A stretch of 64,000 bases of DNA from Nemertoderma westbladi (Eukaryota > Animalia > Xenacoelomorpha). The translations under genes were made by a program, and so were the position numbers. Below, one piece after another: positions 44,739-57,896 of this stretch; within the stretch, counting starts at the first letter, position 1, and each line of letters begins with the position of its first letter. The stretch lies in assembly GCA_032718475.1 (NCBI GenBank), contig JAUCBJ010003467.1, positions 62,001 to 126,000 of the forward strand, in the 5' to 3' direction. The notes beneath the pieces were generated by a model. It had not been told where the DNA came from. It did no database searches and saw nothing but the letters and a program-made list of their open reading frames with translations.

Positions 44739-46683
44739 GCCTGGCTATACCTTGCAGTAGCAGAAATACTAGGATGTGAAAGTGTAATTAGGATAGGCCT
44801 ATATATATTTATAAGTAACATTACAATTTATTATTAACATCACATTACATTCATGCACTTTAAGTAATAACAATAACTAATAATAGGTGAGGATGCCTGC
44901 CACAAGCATACTACACTAGCAACCACAACAATTTCATTTATTTGTGAGATATTTGTGCTACATACTAGGGCCTACGTGCTATCTAGATAGTGCTAGATAC
45001 TACAATTTGTTTTTATCCCATTAACCACTCACTGAGTGACTTATATAAAATATATAACGGTAAAAAAAACTAGCCAAGCACAATCATATTGATTGTTTAA
45101 GTTCGACAATGCGAAAAGGTATACACTATATCTTTACCATTTATTTGAGAAATATATTGATATATCCCTAGCAGCACTGCCATGTATAAACAAAAATAAT
45201 AAAGATCTTTTTTGAGATATTTCAAAGTAAAAATCATTTTTATGCCGATTAACAAATATGACATAGTTAAACACATGCAAAGAGATAGTCGCAAATATTG
45301 TTAACATTCAACAATGTATGTTGCGATTTATCGCAACGTTTCGCGATGCTTCGAGAAACATTGTGATGTTTCGCAGAACCGTCGATTGACCAAAACAAAA
45401 ACGCCCTTTAGCCCTTACATTGTAACCTAAAAATAGGCAATGTGTACTGATACGGGATGCAGTTTTGATTTAAATACCGATATACAGTATGGGTACACTT
45501 GGAGTTGTACTAAAGTCCAATATTGGACTTTGGAGTCTAAAATTGGACTTTAAGTCTAAAATTTGACTTGAAGTCCAATATTTGACTTCTCACCGACTGC
45601 TGAAAGACTGCTGCAGATGACAGGACTGCAGGATGACATCCGCCAAATCTCGAATTGTAATTGTAATTGTAAAAACTCACCATTTATTATTGCACATTCA
45701 GACATTACCGGTACAGCATTAGGCCTATTAAAACTTATACCAAGGCCTACAGTATAAACAGCACTGGCAATTACTTACAGTGCAGTTAGGCAGTAGGCAG
45801 TAGGTAGCCTAGCCCTAGACAGCTAGAAGTAGTCCTATAGGTAGTGCGGTAGTGCTTTAGTGCGGTTGTCTGGTACTGCAGTACAGCAGTAGCAGTACTG
45901 GCAGGGCGGTACTGGCAGACTGCTGGACTGGGGAATTTCCGGTTTGGGGGGCACTGAAACGCTAAAAAACGCATGCATCTAAAACCACGAAAACACTTGT
46001 CTGGTGAGAAAACACTTGGAAAATTTTTCTCATATTCACTTCTGCATTGTCTATATCAGTCAGGAACACTGGTCACTGGTCACACACAATATGTCCAATT
46101 TACAGCCAGAATGTCAGAATGTGTCCGCGGAAAACGCTCTCAGAGTGAAATTTCTCCATAGAAAACAATGCTAAATTTCATTTGAAAATCGGCAGTGAAA
46201 TTTTAACATTGGCATTCTAAAAATTATGCCATTAGAATCTGGAATCACCATAAAATTATGTATAAATTAATTTGAGAATTAGAATCTCATGGTTGGGATA
46301 ACTATCACTGTATCATAATATTAAAAATAAAAATGTGCCCAGCTTCTGCTTTGAGTACTAGTCTGCTAGTGGAGTTACAGCCAAAATATGTCCGGAAATA
46401 TAATCGCAGCCTGTGAAGGACAAATAGTGGCTGCACGGACACTTTCTGGCTGTGAATATGTGGACAATTTTTGGCTGGGCTTCAGCCAGAAAGTGACCAG
46501 TTTTCCTAACTGTATATACACCCATATATGAAAAGACTGATATTTTTCTCAAATTCCCCGGTTTCCTCGTGAAAATACCGGGAAAAAATACGATACGGGA
46601 GATTTTTTTCACAATCTTTCAGTCTTTAGCCTATTCAAAATTTTTTTCGAATATTCATTAATAATAGGCCTAATACTGTACGG

Positions 46684-46975
46684 TAATAATAATAATAATA
46701 GGCAGATAGGCCTAACACCAAATTTATATAGCGCACTATCTATAAATAAATAGGTCTAATGCTCATTTACACATAGATTACATAATATTAGTTCGGAAAA
46801 GCCTTAAGAAAATAATGTGACTTAAGCATAGTTTTGAAAGAAGCTAGACTGCTCGTAATCCTGATTTCCAATGGTAGGTCATTAAAGATTCTCGGTGCAG
46901 CCGCCGAATAAGATCTATCGCCAAATGTTTTATAGTTGGTTGATGGTACTACGACTACCAAAGTTGAGTTATACT
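46684..46975 (-). mobile_element. L2-clade LINE 3' fragment
   Basis: FGDRSYSAAAPRIFNDLPLEIR..FKTMLKSHYF followed by a (TTA)n tail. Confidence 0.75.
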
Positions 46976-47159
46976 GCGATCCTGTCCAGCCGCATAGCCA
47001 GGAATTTCCCATGGTAGGGTCCCAGACCCCAAATTGTAATTCATATTTATAGTAGTTGTGGGTGTGGGGGAAGAGCCCCCCCCCCCCCCCAGCGTAGTCC
47101 AGGTGTGATTGTTTGGAATTTTAACAAAATGCCCGCCACACGTGATGTGTAATGTTTAG

Positions 47160-48407
47160 TAGGGTATGCAGCAAACTTCGCCCGCAGATAATCTTCTCCC
47201 GCGAGCAACCATCGCCAACCCAGGTTGGAATTCATGCTGCAAAACTCGGACGCGTACCTGCGCGAATGACCGCAAACCAGATGCGCGTTGCGCGTTTGGG
47301 TGAGACAGGTGCGCGTTCGGGTGTGAGACAGGTGCGCGTTGCGCCTCAGCGCGCAGCTCTGCCTCTGATGCGCACCACAAATTAATTGAAATCACGAAAA
47401 TACACAAAAAAATTTCGCTCGCTGCGCTCGCATTAGTTTCTCATTTACAATTCTTCAAACAGTCAAATCACTTCACCATAATACTGTAATGTAATACCGG
47501 CAACCGGAGCTGAATTTATCTATTTATTTAACTACAGTACTCTATTGTTGTATTGTTATTAGGTCTTCTATGCTATGCCGATGTTACGTTAGTAAACAGG
47601 TAAAGTCAGAAAGTAACAATGTATTATAAGTATGACTTAATTATAAGCCAACTGTATGTTTAAGCCTAATTGTTAGGTAGGCCTATACAACAGTACAAAG
47701 TATTATTGGCAGACTGGTACCTATTTCAATATTCGTTTTTTTGAAATTACCGGTACATGTTTTGTTTGTAATCTAAAATAATATTTTCTGTTATAAAAGC
47801 AGTGAGCCCGATGGGCCACCATAGTAGTGGATTAAAAAAATATTTTTTAATATTAACAATTTTGATGTTGCAAAAATTACATTTATTATGTAAGCCTAGA
47901 TTCAGCGTACAGACAGACAGACGTAAAGATAAGCTTAAAACGCTCAAACTTGTAAAATAGGAATGTAAAATTGTTCTTATGAACTGTGCGATTTTTTGAG
48001 ATATGCATGACATGAGCTGCGCGATTTTGTTTGGATTATGACATATGATGAGGTGCGCGACGAGCCAATTTCAGGTGCGCGGTGATTTCAAAACAACAAA
48101 GCGTACCTGCGCGCTCATGCATGAATTCCAACCTGGTCGCCAACTAAACAATTATTGTTTTGCTTAGAAAAAGCCGTTTCTGTAACCTGCTCCTTACCTT
48201 AAATTGGTAACAACATCGTTTATTGTTTTGGTTAGAAGAAGCCGTCTCTGTAACCTGCTCCTTTCCCTTAATTGGTAACTAAAATGGTTACTAACACAAA
48301 TCTTATTGGGCGAAGGTTGGTTCGAAGGTTGGTTCGAAGGTTGTTCGCGGGCGAATATTGGACGCGGGCGAAGGTTGTACTCGGGCGAAGGTTGCACCCA
48401 ACCTGTA
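47160..48407. mobile_element. MITE with CTTCGCCCG/CGAAGGTTG subterminal repeats, host of the nested element below
   Basis: Inverted ends GCA..AACTTCGCCCG / CGGGCGAAGGTTGC; internal copies of the 67-bp core in reverse at 48145-48300. Confidence 0.55.
47220..48136. mobile_element. Non-autonomous DNA transposon with 8-bp TSD (hAT or P superfamily)
   Basis: Perfect TIR CCAGGTTGGAATTCATG at both ends; TSD TCGCCAAC at 47212-47219 and 48137-48144; TGCGCG subterminal motifs. Confidence 0.85.
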
Positions 48408-50182
48408 GTACAGTAGTCGGTATACTACTCATTCTGAGTAATGCGCACCAGTACATGTTCATTCCCCCAGTAAAGCCCCCCCCCAGTAAAGATGAGTAAT
48501 TTAGAAAATCCGCTATTAAGAATTAATATGATAAAATCATAGTTATAAAGTAAGTTACTGAAATTACAAATGAAATTGAATTAATAAATTAAATTAATAT
48601 TATAATTAAACTGAGGGGACTGTTTTACATAACGGTCATTTAATTTGGCTTAATTGGAAAGATTAAAAATAATACTTTAATTATAACATAAAGTTTTTAT
48701 GTTTCAAGAAACTGCTATTCGCGTGTCATTTATCACCCTGTCATTTAGCTTTAAATCATTTACGTAATGATGTGTCATTTAAACTCATTAACATAATAAT
48801 AGTTATACGGCATAGCAACTGGTCTGGTCGTCATGCTGTCATGGCTTTTCAGTAAATTTAATAATATTTCTATTAAGAACAGTTAACTTATTCTTAAAAA
48901 CTAGTACTAATGATACCATGAGTACTTATGATTCCATGGTCCTACTACCATGGAATCATAACAACATGTATTGATAACATAAAAGTATTGCAAAATGACA
49001 GTAGGCAAATTTCAATTCATGTCATTTAAATTAAGGGACGTAAAATTTAAATGTGCTTCCGTTTTTTAAATACCTTATTTACAAATCGGCGATTTCCATT
49101 TAGTTAAATGTCGCTTCGTGAAACAATCCCCCACCCCACACCATGGTATATTATTTTATAAACTGCCACATTTTGAAATTGAACTAATTATGGTACCGGT
49201 ACATTATTAAATACACTTTTTTGATTTATTGAAAGTCAAAAAAAAACGTTTTTTTGTTAAAAAAAATTAATGTTCTAATTAATTACATTTCAAAGTAATT
49301 TTCATGGTATTAATAATAATATTGAATTAAAATACATAGCCACCCACAGGTTATTTAGTTGTGACTCGGCAAGACAAGCTACGCAATATCCAATCACGTT
49401 GGTCAGTGTACCAAGAAAAAATTACATAATTCATTATATTACATCAGAGTCAGAGTGCCTATCTTATTTATGCTATCTTTCATTGGTATATATTGAACCC
49501 TGCTTGACAGGCGAGGCACAGCAACGTCGTCTAATCAAAGCACAGAAACCAAGGCAGGAGCCAGTGGGCGCCCCCCTGCAGTGGTCAATTGGGCTCCATT
49601 TCATTGCTTTACATTACAGACTATTAAACTGGTTGAGAGATTATATAATATAGGCCTAAGTAATAAGCTGGCTTTCTAAGAACATTGTATGATATTATGA
49701 TGCCTTATCATGGGGGCGGGGGTGCCTGAGGGAATTATTGGTAGTATATGGCTGGAGCCCTGGCTACAACACTTTGATGGGGTATATGGGTTCTCCTTTC
49801 TACTACTTATTTTCTTTGGCAACCTGCCTGGGATAATGTGGATTGTATCTGGTCTGGGGTCGGGCTCCTTTCCAAAGCAACTTCAACTTCGAATATTTTC
49901 TAATATTCGGTTTATTGCACTTGTCATTATAATTCTTTTAATTTAACGGAACTTGACGATGGCAAAATGCTCTCAGAGTTAGTGTAAGTTGGAATCTCCA
50001 CGGTAGGGTCCCGGGACCCTGGGACCCTACCCTCGCTACGCTAGTGATCCTGTCACTTAACACAGTAACACCAGTCAGCCAGTGCCAGTACAGCAGTACT
50101 GCATTGTACCGCTATGTATGAAAAGACTTTGATATTTTTCTCAAATTTCCCGGTCTTCTCGGGGTATTAGCTGGATAAAAGA

Positions 50183-52036
50183 TAATAATAATAATAATAA
50201 TAATAATTTATTTATAACGCTCCTTTTAAGGGCAATAAATCAAGGCGCAGGTACGCGTACACAATTAGTTAATTACGTATTCTAACGAAAAGTAGTGTGT
50301 TTTCAGCCGCGACTTAAACAATTCCACGGTGTGTGCACTGCGGACCGAATAAGGGAGAGCGTTCCATAAACGGGGCCCGGCAACTGAGAAAGCCCACCTC
50401 CCGTAACTTTCTAGCCGATAACGAGGCGCAACCAGAGTTAGTTCATCATCACCTGAACGCAGAGAACGATGAGGAATGTACCGGGTCAGCAAATTCTTTA
50501 AATAGCTCGGAGCGTAGCCATTGATACACTTATATACTATAAGTACAATCTTAAAGTCAATGCGTCGCAATACAGGCAACCAGTGGAGATATTTGAGCAC
50601 AGGTTTAATATGTTCTCGTTTCTTTGTGCCTGTTCTGCTGTTAGTACTGTAGTAGGCGCGCCGCAGAGTTCTGGACATATTGTAGTTTGTTTATATATTT
50701 GTCTGGCAATCCATAATATAACGAATTGTTATTGTCTAAAGAGCTGGTGATAAATGCGTGGATTAGCGTTTCGAGGTCATGTTTTGCTAAACACCGCCGT
50801 ATTTTTGATAGATTTCGGATGTGGAAAAACGCACTGCGAACAGTTAGAGATATTTGTTTACTGAACGTCATATAATGATCCATAGTAAAGCCGATATTGC
50901 GGGCATCGGTGCTGCAGCCCACCACGTCGTTACCAATACGTATTTGTGGGTTGTCAACTGATGTGCCAAATCGCGACTGCAGTAGCAGCACTTCGGTTTT
51001 CTCGGAGTTCATCTTGAGCATATATGTGTACATCCATTTCTGAATATCATTTAGGCAATCCTCAGTCACCTGAACTGCTGAATCAATATTTACAGATTTG
51101 AAACTGATATATATTTGAGTATCATCAGCATACAGATGGTATGATAAACCATGCTTTTTTATTACAGCAGATAAAGAGCGTGTATAAATTGTAAATAGTA
51201 GCGGCCCGAGCACAGAACCTTGTGGCAATCCATACTTTAGGTCTCTGTATGTAGAATAATGACTACCAACACGAACTTGCTGTTTACGATCAGACAAATA
51301 TGATTTGAACCATTTAAGTGCATTTCCAGTTATCCCTATATCAGACTTAAGAATTTCTAAGAGTTTCTCATGTTCAACCGTGTCGAACGCTGCAGATAAA
51401 TCCAAGAGAACAACTAGCACTGCTGAACCTGAGTCGATGCTGCGGAGAATAGAATCATTTACTGAAAGAAGTGCTGTTTCTGTTCCGTGGTGGTGCCTGT
51501 ATGCGCTTTGCATCGGCTCATGTAGGTTGTGAATATTCATATATTGAATCAGCTGGTTTGCGACGACCTTTTCTATTAATTTCGAAATGTAAAGCAAGTT
51601 GGAGACCGGCCTGAAGTTTTTAAGAATTTCTGGGTCCAATTTTATCTTCTTAAGGACTGGTGTTAACACTGCCTCCTTAAACAGAGATGGAACTGTACCC
51701 ATAGACAATGACATATTAATAATACAGGTAATAAGAGGCAGCAGCAGATTGATGGACAGCTTGACCAAGCTCGTCGGCATCGGGTCGCGCGGACTCGTTT
51801 TAGATTTCGAGTTATTTATAAGTTCCTTCGTCTCCTCAGTGGAAATTTCACGGAAAGAGCTAAATCCTTGATCCGTAACCGTTGGGGTGTTAAAAGCCGC
51901 CGGGTCACCCAGTCCAATAGGGTGAGATTTCGTTTCCGTCGGTGTCGCCATTCCCGCCAATGTCGGACGAACTAGTATAGGAATTGTTTCCGTATGAGCA
52001 ACCGGCCCAATCGATTGGGTGTTTACTTCGGTCAGA
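50183..52036 (-). mobile_element. 5'-truncated L2-clade LINE; RT ORF 51960-50641 continuing in 50678-50265
   Basis: NFRPVSNL, QSAYR..HGTETAL, LLDLSAAFDTV, GLPQGSVLGPLLF, YADDTQ, LHWLPV, FSVAGPRLWNALP; (TTA)n tail; one frameshift. Confidence 0.92.
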
Positions 52037-53486
52037 TTAACACAGTAACACCAGTCAGCCAGTGCCAGTACAGTAGTACTGCATTGTACCGCTATGTATG
52101 AAAAGACTTTGATATTTTTCTCAAATTTCCCGGTCTTCTCGGGGTATTAGCTGGAAAAAAGACAGGGAAATACTGAAATAGCAGGACAAAAGACAGGAAA
52201 AATTTTCCCAAAAATTGTAAAGACTTTAGGCAGTTAGGCCCTAGATAAACATGGTTTTCTCAATCAATATTTTGATTATACCGTACATAAACATAACCTG
52301 ATAGATAACAGCATAATCTGAGAATAATAATAGGCCTATAGTAATAGAAATACCGGTATGAGTATTAAACAATCTGACAATACAACGCATGCAAATTAAT
52401 TTCACAATTTTTTTGACAGTTTGGGGGAATGGAGCAGGTAACATATATACAGAGGCAGGCTTTTCTAACCAATACAACAAACGGCCACTTTTCAAATTAT
52501 GGGAAAGGAGCAGGTTGCAGAGGTGGGCTTTTCTAACCAAAACAATAAACGATCACTTTACCAAACCCCAAAACAGTAAACAGCCACTTTACCAATTGAG
52601 GGAAAGGAGCAGGTTACAGACAGACAAGAGGCGGTCTTTACTAACCAAAACAATAAACGATCACTTTACTAATTTAGGGAAACCCTGCCATATGGTCAGT
52701 AGGTCAGACAGTCTGACAGTCGGTAGAAAAAATGTTAATGTTAAATGTTGTGTTTATACACCTGTACACCAATTCTGGTGAACCGGTACAATAAAAAAAA
52801 ACAGTTGACAGTAATATAGTAGTAATACCGGTACTGACAGACTGAACTGCTGAATACTGCAGTTGTTAAAAATTCAGTGCCCCTGAAACCGGAAAGAGCC
52901 CGGTACTGACAGTGGTCAATTTAAGTTAAGTATTTTTCTAGAAAATACAGTTTTTTCACGTGCTGCGCGAAGGGCACATCGGCCTCTGCGATCGGCAGCC
53001 GTAATATTTACACCACATTAAATACACGACCTTGGGTGTCTGTCTGTAGATTTTCCTGCAAATTAAAGGAAAATTGAGGAAATGGTGCACATTTGAAAAC
53101 AGGCAAAAATTGACTTTTCGAGAAAAAAGCCATAAACTCATGATTTTCAATCGTGCTGCTCCAAGCGGAAAATCACCCTAATTTAATTTTTTTTTTCTAT
53201 TAAATTACACATAGGTCAGAGAGTGTACGGTATGTGTAAAATTTGAAACAAATCGGTCCAAAAATGACCACTGGGGAAAGCTGTTTGTCACTGTGCCTCA
53301 AATGTAATAGAACCAGAGAACCCAGTAGGCCGACAGCTCTTGTAGCTGAGCTGGTAGAACTGTCAGACTGTAGAACATTTTGTGGTCTGGTAGTTCAGTT
53401 GTTGTTGTTGTTTGAAGTTCAAAATTAAACAAAGTTGTAGGCTATGGTGTTGTAGCGAAAATATATTAGTTATATAATATCTGATT

Positions 53487-54215
53487 ATGGCGGCCAATAC
53501 ATACCTGAATGAATATACACAAATTCCTTTAATAACGCGGTCCTACACAACTGCCTGCGTGCTCACAACTATAGCCGTACAATTGGAACTGGTTTCGCCG
53601 TTTCAACTATACTACAACCCTCAACTCATATTTTGGCACTTCCAAATATGGAGAATTTTAACCACATTCACATACTTCGGGAACATAGGTTTTAACTTTT
53701 TATTCAGCATGATATTTACCTACCGGTACTGCCGTATGTTGGAGGAGGGTTCTTTCCGAGGTCGAGTGGCCGATATGGCTTGGATGTTTGTTTTCGGCGG
53801 GACAATAATGGCAGTCATGGGATTGTTTATAAGTCTAGTCTTCCTGGGTCAGGCTTTTACTATTATGCTAGTCTACGTGTGGTCCCGAAGGAATCCTTTT
53901 ATAAGGATGAATTTTTTCGGAGTTATATCATTCCATGCTCCGTATCTCCCTTGGGTGCTGCTAGCCTTTAGTCTACTCTTAGGAAACTCTCCCACGGTCG
54001 ATTTTATGGGGATAGCCGTCGGGCATATTTACTATTTCCTCGAGGACGTATTTCCTCTGCAGCACGGGGGATTTAGATTGTTGAAAACGCCGAACATTTT
54101 GTGTCGGATTCTAGACCACGATCCCAACGAGGTTGTGGATCCTGTGGCGGAATCTGATCGCCCGGGGGGTTTCGCATTCGGACAGCCCCGTGGCGATGGA
54201 GACCAACAGGGATGA
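53487..54215 (+). CDS. DERL2: Derlin-2/3 (Der1-like ERAD membrane protein), intronless
   Basis: [82 protein letters not shown], and C-terminal SHP-like RPGGFAFG. Confidence 0.97.
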   Translation: MAANTYLNEYTQIPLITRSYTTACVLTTIAVQLELVSPFQLYYNPQLIFWHFQIWRILTTFTYFGNIGFNFLFSMIFTYRYCRMLEEGSFRGRVADMAWMFVFGGTIMAVMGLFISLVFLGQAFTIMLVYVWSRRNPFIRMNFFGVISFHAPYLPWVLLAFSLLLGNSPTVDFMGIAVGHIYYFLEDVFPLQHGGFRLLKTPNILCRILDHDPNEVVDPVAESDRPGGFAFGQPRGDGDQQG

Positions 54216-56454
54216 CGTCCGGGATTCTAGCACCCAGGATGCTAGCAAACGCTATTTATAAATCGTGCACTTTGGGTAGGAGCTATCGCCTTTTTATATC
54301 GGGTTGGGTATGTGAGTCATGTAATTTTATCTCGTGCATTTCATTGTTATTTTTTTCGTATTATTTATACAGTTATGTATGGAAGACATACAATTCATAC
54401 AGGTATTATTATACAAGGCGAATTGAATCTTTAGTATCTTGTAATGATATATGGAAATATAACATTCTTTGATCTATTATAAATATTTGATCCTAAATTA
54501 TTTTTTCATAACAAACAATGTTGATTGACTTCCGGATCTTTAAGTTACAGTTTTCTTTTCATTCCGAAAATTGGTAAACGAATTTAAACTTAGTCCAATA
54601 GATTTCTAAATTAATTACCTTAGCTAATTCGGTATTACATTGTTTTAACACAGAATTGCATGTTATATTTATTTTACACTGAATTCAAAAATTCAGAATA
54701 TTTTTTGCAATTTTTTTTAAATTTATTATGTTTAGTACTACAGATAAGATAGGTTTTCAACTTTAAGTCATTTACGTAAATCGACTTAGAATACGTGTGT
54801 TGCGTGTAGTAACTAGGATGTTGTTTCTATGCTTTGTGATTGGGGTTTTTACTATTCTTTGAGGTTGCGGTATAAAAGTTATATTAATATAATAATAACT
54901 TTAGTGAATTAATAAATATGCAAGTTCCGGCAATGTTATAATGTTGTAGTACTAGATAGCTGGCGGCAACCTCAGCACGACTCATAAGTAATAGCTAATT
55001 TATTTTTAATATTTCCAATTCCAATACGATGAAGTAGGCCTATATATATTGCAAAGCTAGTTTGTACTAGAATGTTGAGACTAGATCAAATTCAATAAAC
55101 ATAAATCTCGTATGTAATTCAAACACGTTGTTTGCGCGACGTATTCTTAACAAATATTTTCATCTCCACTATCGCAATTATAATAATAATATCTTTACTT
55201 TGATATATTTTGCCTCGGTGTCTATTTTAGAATATTGCGTTTACTAACATTGTGAATATTCGATATTGATTTTGTACATGTATATAAACATATAGGACTA
55301 TTTGGGCCACCAGGGGGAACTAGTGTAGGAAATAATGGGAGAACCGGAAAACTCTTGTCCGGACACTTATTTTTTTCAAAATTGATCAATTGCATTTTCA
55401 TTTATGATGTAAATTAAAGTAAAGAAATGTTCTTTGTTACTAATATTTTATGATCTCGAATCTCGATAGATTGCAAAGTATTCACGTCTGTTGCTACGGT
55501 TGAAGTTATTGCGATAGAAATAAAAAAGAAAAAAGTTAATAATCGGAATACTCTAATATATATACTATCAGGATGTAGATGCGATACTAATCAAATACAC
55601 ATATTGTATTAAGTAACGCCTCCCCCTAAAATATAACTTTAATGTTAAATAAACTTTTACATCACAATTTATTAAAAATTCCGGATAAGACCAGTTCCTC
55701 TTTTGGTCCTCAATAATTTATCTTTTAATTAATCAGTGTCTAATTCTAATTAATTATTATTCGAATTTAACGTATAAAGTATTGTTTATGTTTAACAGAC
55801 ATAGATTTTTAAATTAAGTAATTTAAATAGGATCAATTTTTTATTCATTTTGTGGCGAATTCATTTTTTCCACTCCATTTGCTATAGAGTTGTGTCATCC
55901 TAAGTCCTATTTAAATTACTTAATAATTTATAATGCATGTATTTTCAAGCTTTGCAATATTTCCCAAGCAAACTTAAACAGTAAATACTAACTATGTAAT
56001 AATAAGTATCTGTCATTACTTGCTCACTGTCTCGAGTGTCTGGCTGTATAATTTCTTAGATGTTGTTATTGATTGTAAATTTATGCAGTAAAATTCGGTA
56101 TTACATACGCCGTTACTCCGTTATAATTATTAATAGCAAATTCGATAATATTATTAATAATAATAATCGATTATAATAAAATATAAATTTTACTTTAATG
56201 AACTGTCAATTAGGTTACCACGACTGGGCACTGAGGGTCCCCAAAAATCAAAGTTTTAGAATTTATGTGTTCGCATCTTAAAATTACTTGTTCCCTCCTA
56301 AAATGTAATGCTTTGACAGATTTGGATAGTTTTGAAGAATGATGTCCCCTAGCCAGTTAGTAATCCATCTAAGCACGATTACATTATATTCTCTATTATT
56401 GTTGATGCCCCTTTTTCTATTGCTTCTAAGTCATTGCTTCAGGGTCTTGTGGGT

Positions 56455-56795
56455 CTAGGCGTTCGCCGTGAGGACCAGCCTGTGCACAATCTTGTGCTAT
56501 GGCAGCTCCGTGGTGAAAATAAGTATGGTGGTCACTGGACCGCCCATGACTTTCGTGAGACGCCTCATAAAGGACAATGGCCTTGAAGATACGGATAAAC
56601 TCGCGAAAGTCATGGTGGATTGGATAGGGAGTTGTAACGGTGCAACTTTGTTGATAAGCCGGCATAGCATTCTTAATGCACGCTGCATTGGGCTTGCCAA
56701 TTGTGGATGGCATGGTGGTGGAATATTATTTTTTTCAAGCCAGTATAGCATCTCAATGTGCAGCTTCAATGCAGCAGGCCGATTATAGTAGTAGG
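56455..56795 (+). mobile_element. RTE-clade LINE 3' fragment
   Basis: RREDQPVHNLVLWQ..MTFVRRLIKDNGLED.. and a GCAGCTTCAATGCAGCAGGCCGATTATAGTAGTAG tail. Confidence 0.7.
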
Positions 56796-56945
56796 TCATT
56801 GGAATTTGGAAGTAAGATTTTTGAAAAAAGTAAGATGCCTAATTTGAATTCAACTATCCTTTGTTTCAACAACAAATTATGTTGTTGTTTTATAGGTTGC
56901 TGCACCACCTTAATTACTAAATCACCGCAATTGGTTCTAATGCCA

Positions 56946-57390
56946 AACCAATCAAGGTACTAGAAGTACTCGAACCAATCAAAGCACTAGAAGTACTAGA
57001 ACCAATCAAAGCACTAGAAGTACTAGAACCAATCAAAGCACTAGAATTACTAGAACCGATCAAAGTACTAGAATTACTAGAACCAATCAAAGCACTGGAA
57101 CTAATCAAAGTACTAGAAGTACTAGAACCAATCAAAGTACTAGAAGTACTAGAACCAATCAAAGTACTAGAAGTACTAGAACCAATCAAAGTACTAGAAT
57201 CCATCAAAGTATTAGAAGTACTAGAACCAATCAAAGTACTAGAAGTACTAGAACCAATCAAAGTACTAGAACCAATCAAAGTACTAGAAGTACTAGAACC
57301 AATCAAAGTACTAGAACCAATCAAAGTACTAGAAGTACTAGAACCAATCAAAGTACTAGAATTACTAGAACCAATCAAAGCAATAGAAGT
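56946..57390. repeat. 18/27-bp minisatellite GAACCAATCAAAGTACTA(GAAGTACTA)
   Basis: About 18 tandem units; probably inside a decayed TIR element (inverted similarity of 56245-56275 to 57504-57525). Confidence 0.9.
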
Positions 57391-57896
57391 TGGTTTTGTT
57401 TGATATTTTACAAACTACTTGAGGACCTCTAAACTATCTTCAAAATTTATCAAAATCTGCATGTCATGTTAGTTTAGGAAGTAGCGCTGATTTTTGGGTG
57501 AGAGCGAATAAATTCTAAAACTTATTTTTTACGATATACTTTTGTGTTGTGGGTCACCTTTGTCTTTTAAATACTGGGAATTGGGACAACACGTCCGTGG
57601 GCAGGGGGATATACTATTTTCTTGTCCTTCTCAATTTGTTTCTATATTCACATACCGGTATTATAAATTTCAATTTACTTTTAATAGTGGGACTTACGTT
57701 GTTTCTTTAATAACTTAACCGATGTTGATACGCAGCTATGTATCATTTAATTATTCCATAATTTCCAATCTGTAGGTTCGCTTTTATTGGTCTTGTGTTA
57801 TTATTTTACAATAATCCGTCAGACCCTGTTTGTTATGGACCTACTAAGTATAGTATTGTAAACTAAAAGTTAGTTTTCTTTTTTCTTAATTGAATA

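Noticed and set aside
56917-57378. 153-aa Ser/Thr-rich ORF (LIGSSTSST)n
   Set aside because: Translation of the minisatellite, with a non-ATG start and no unique sequence.
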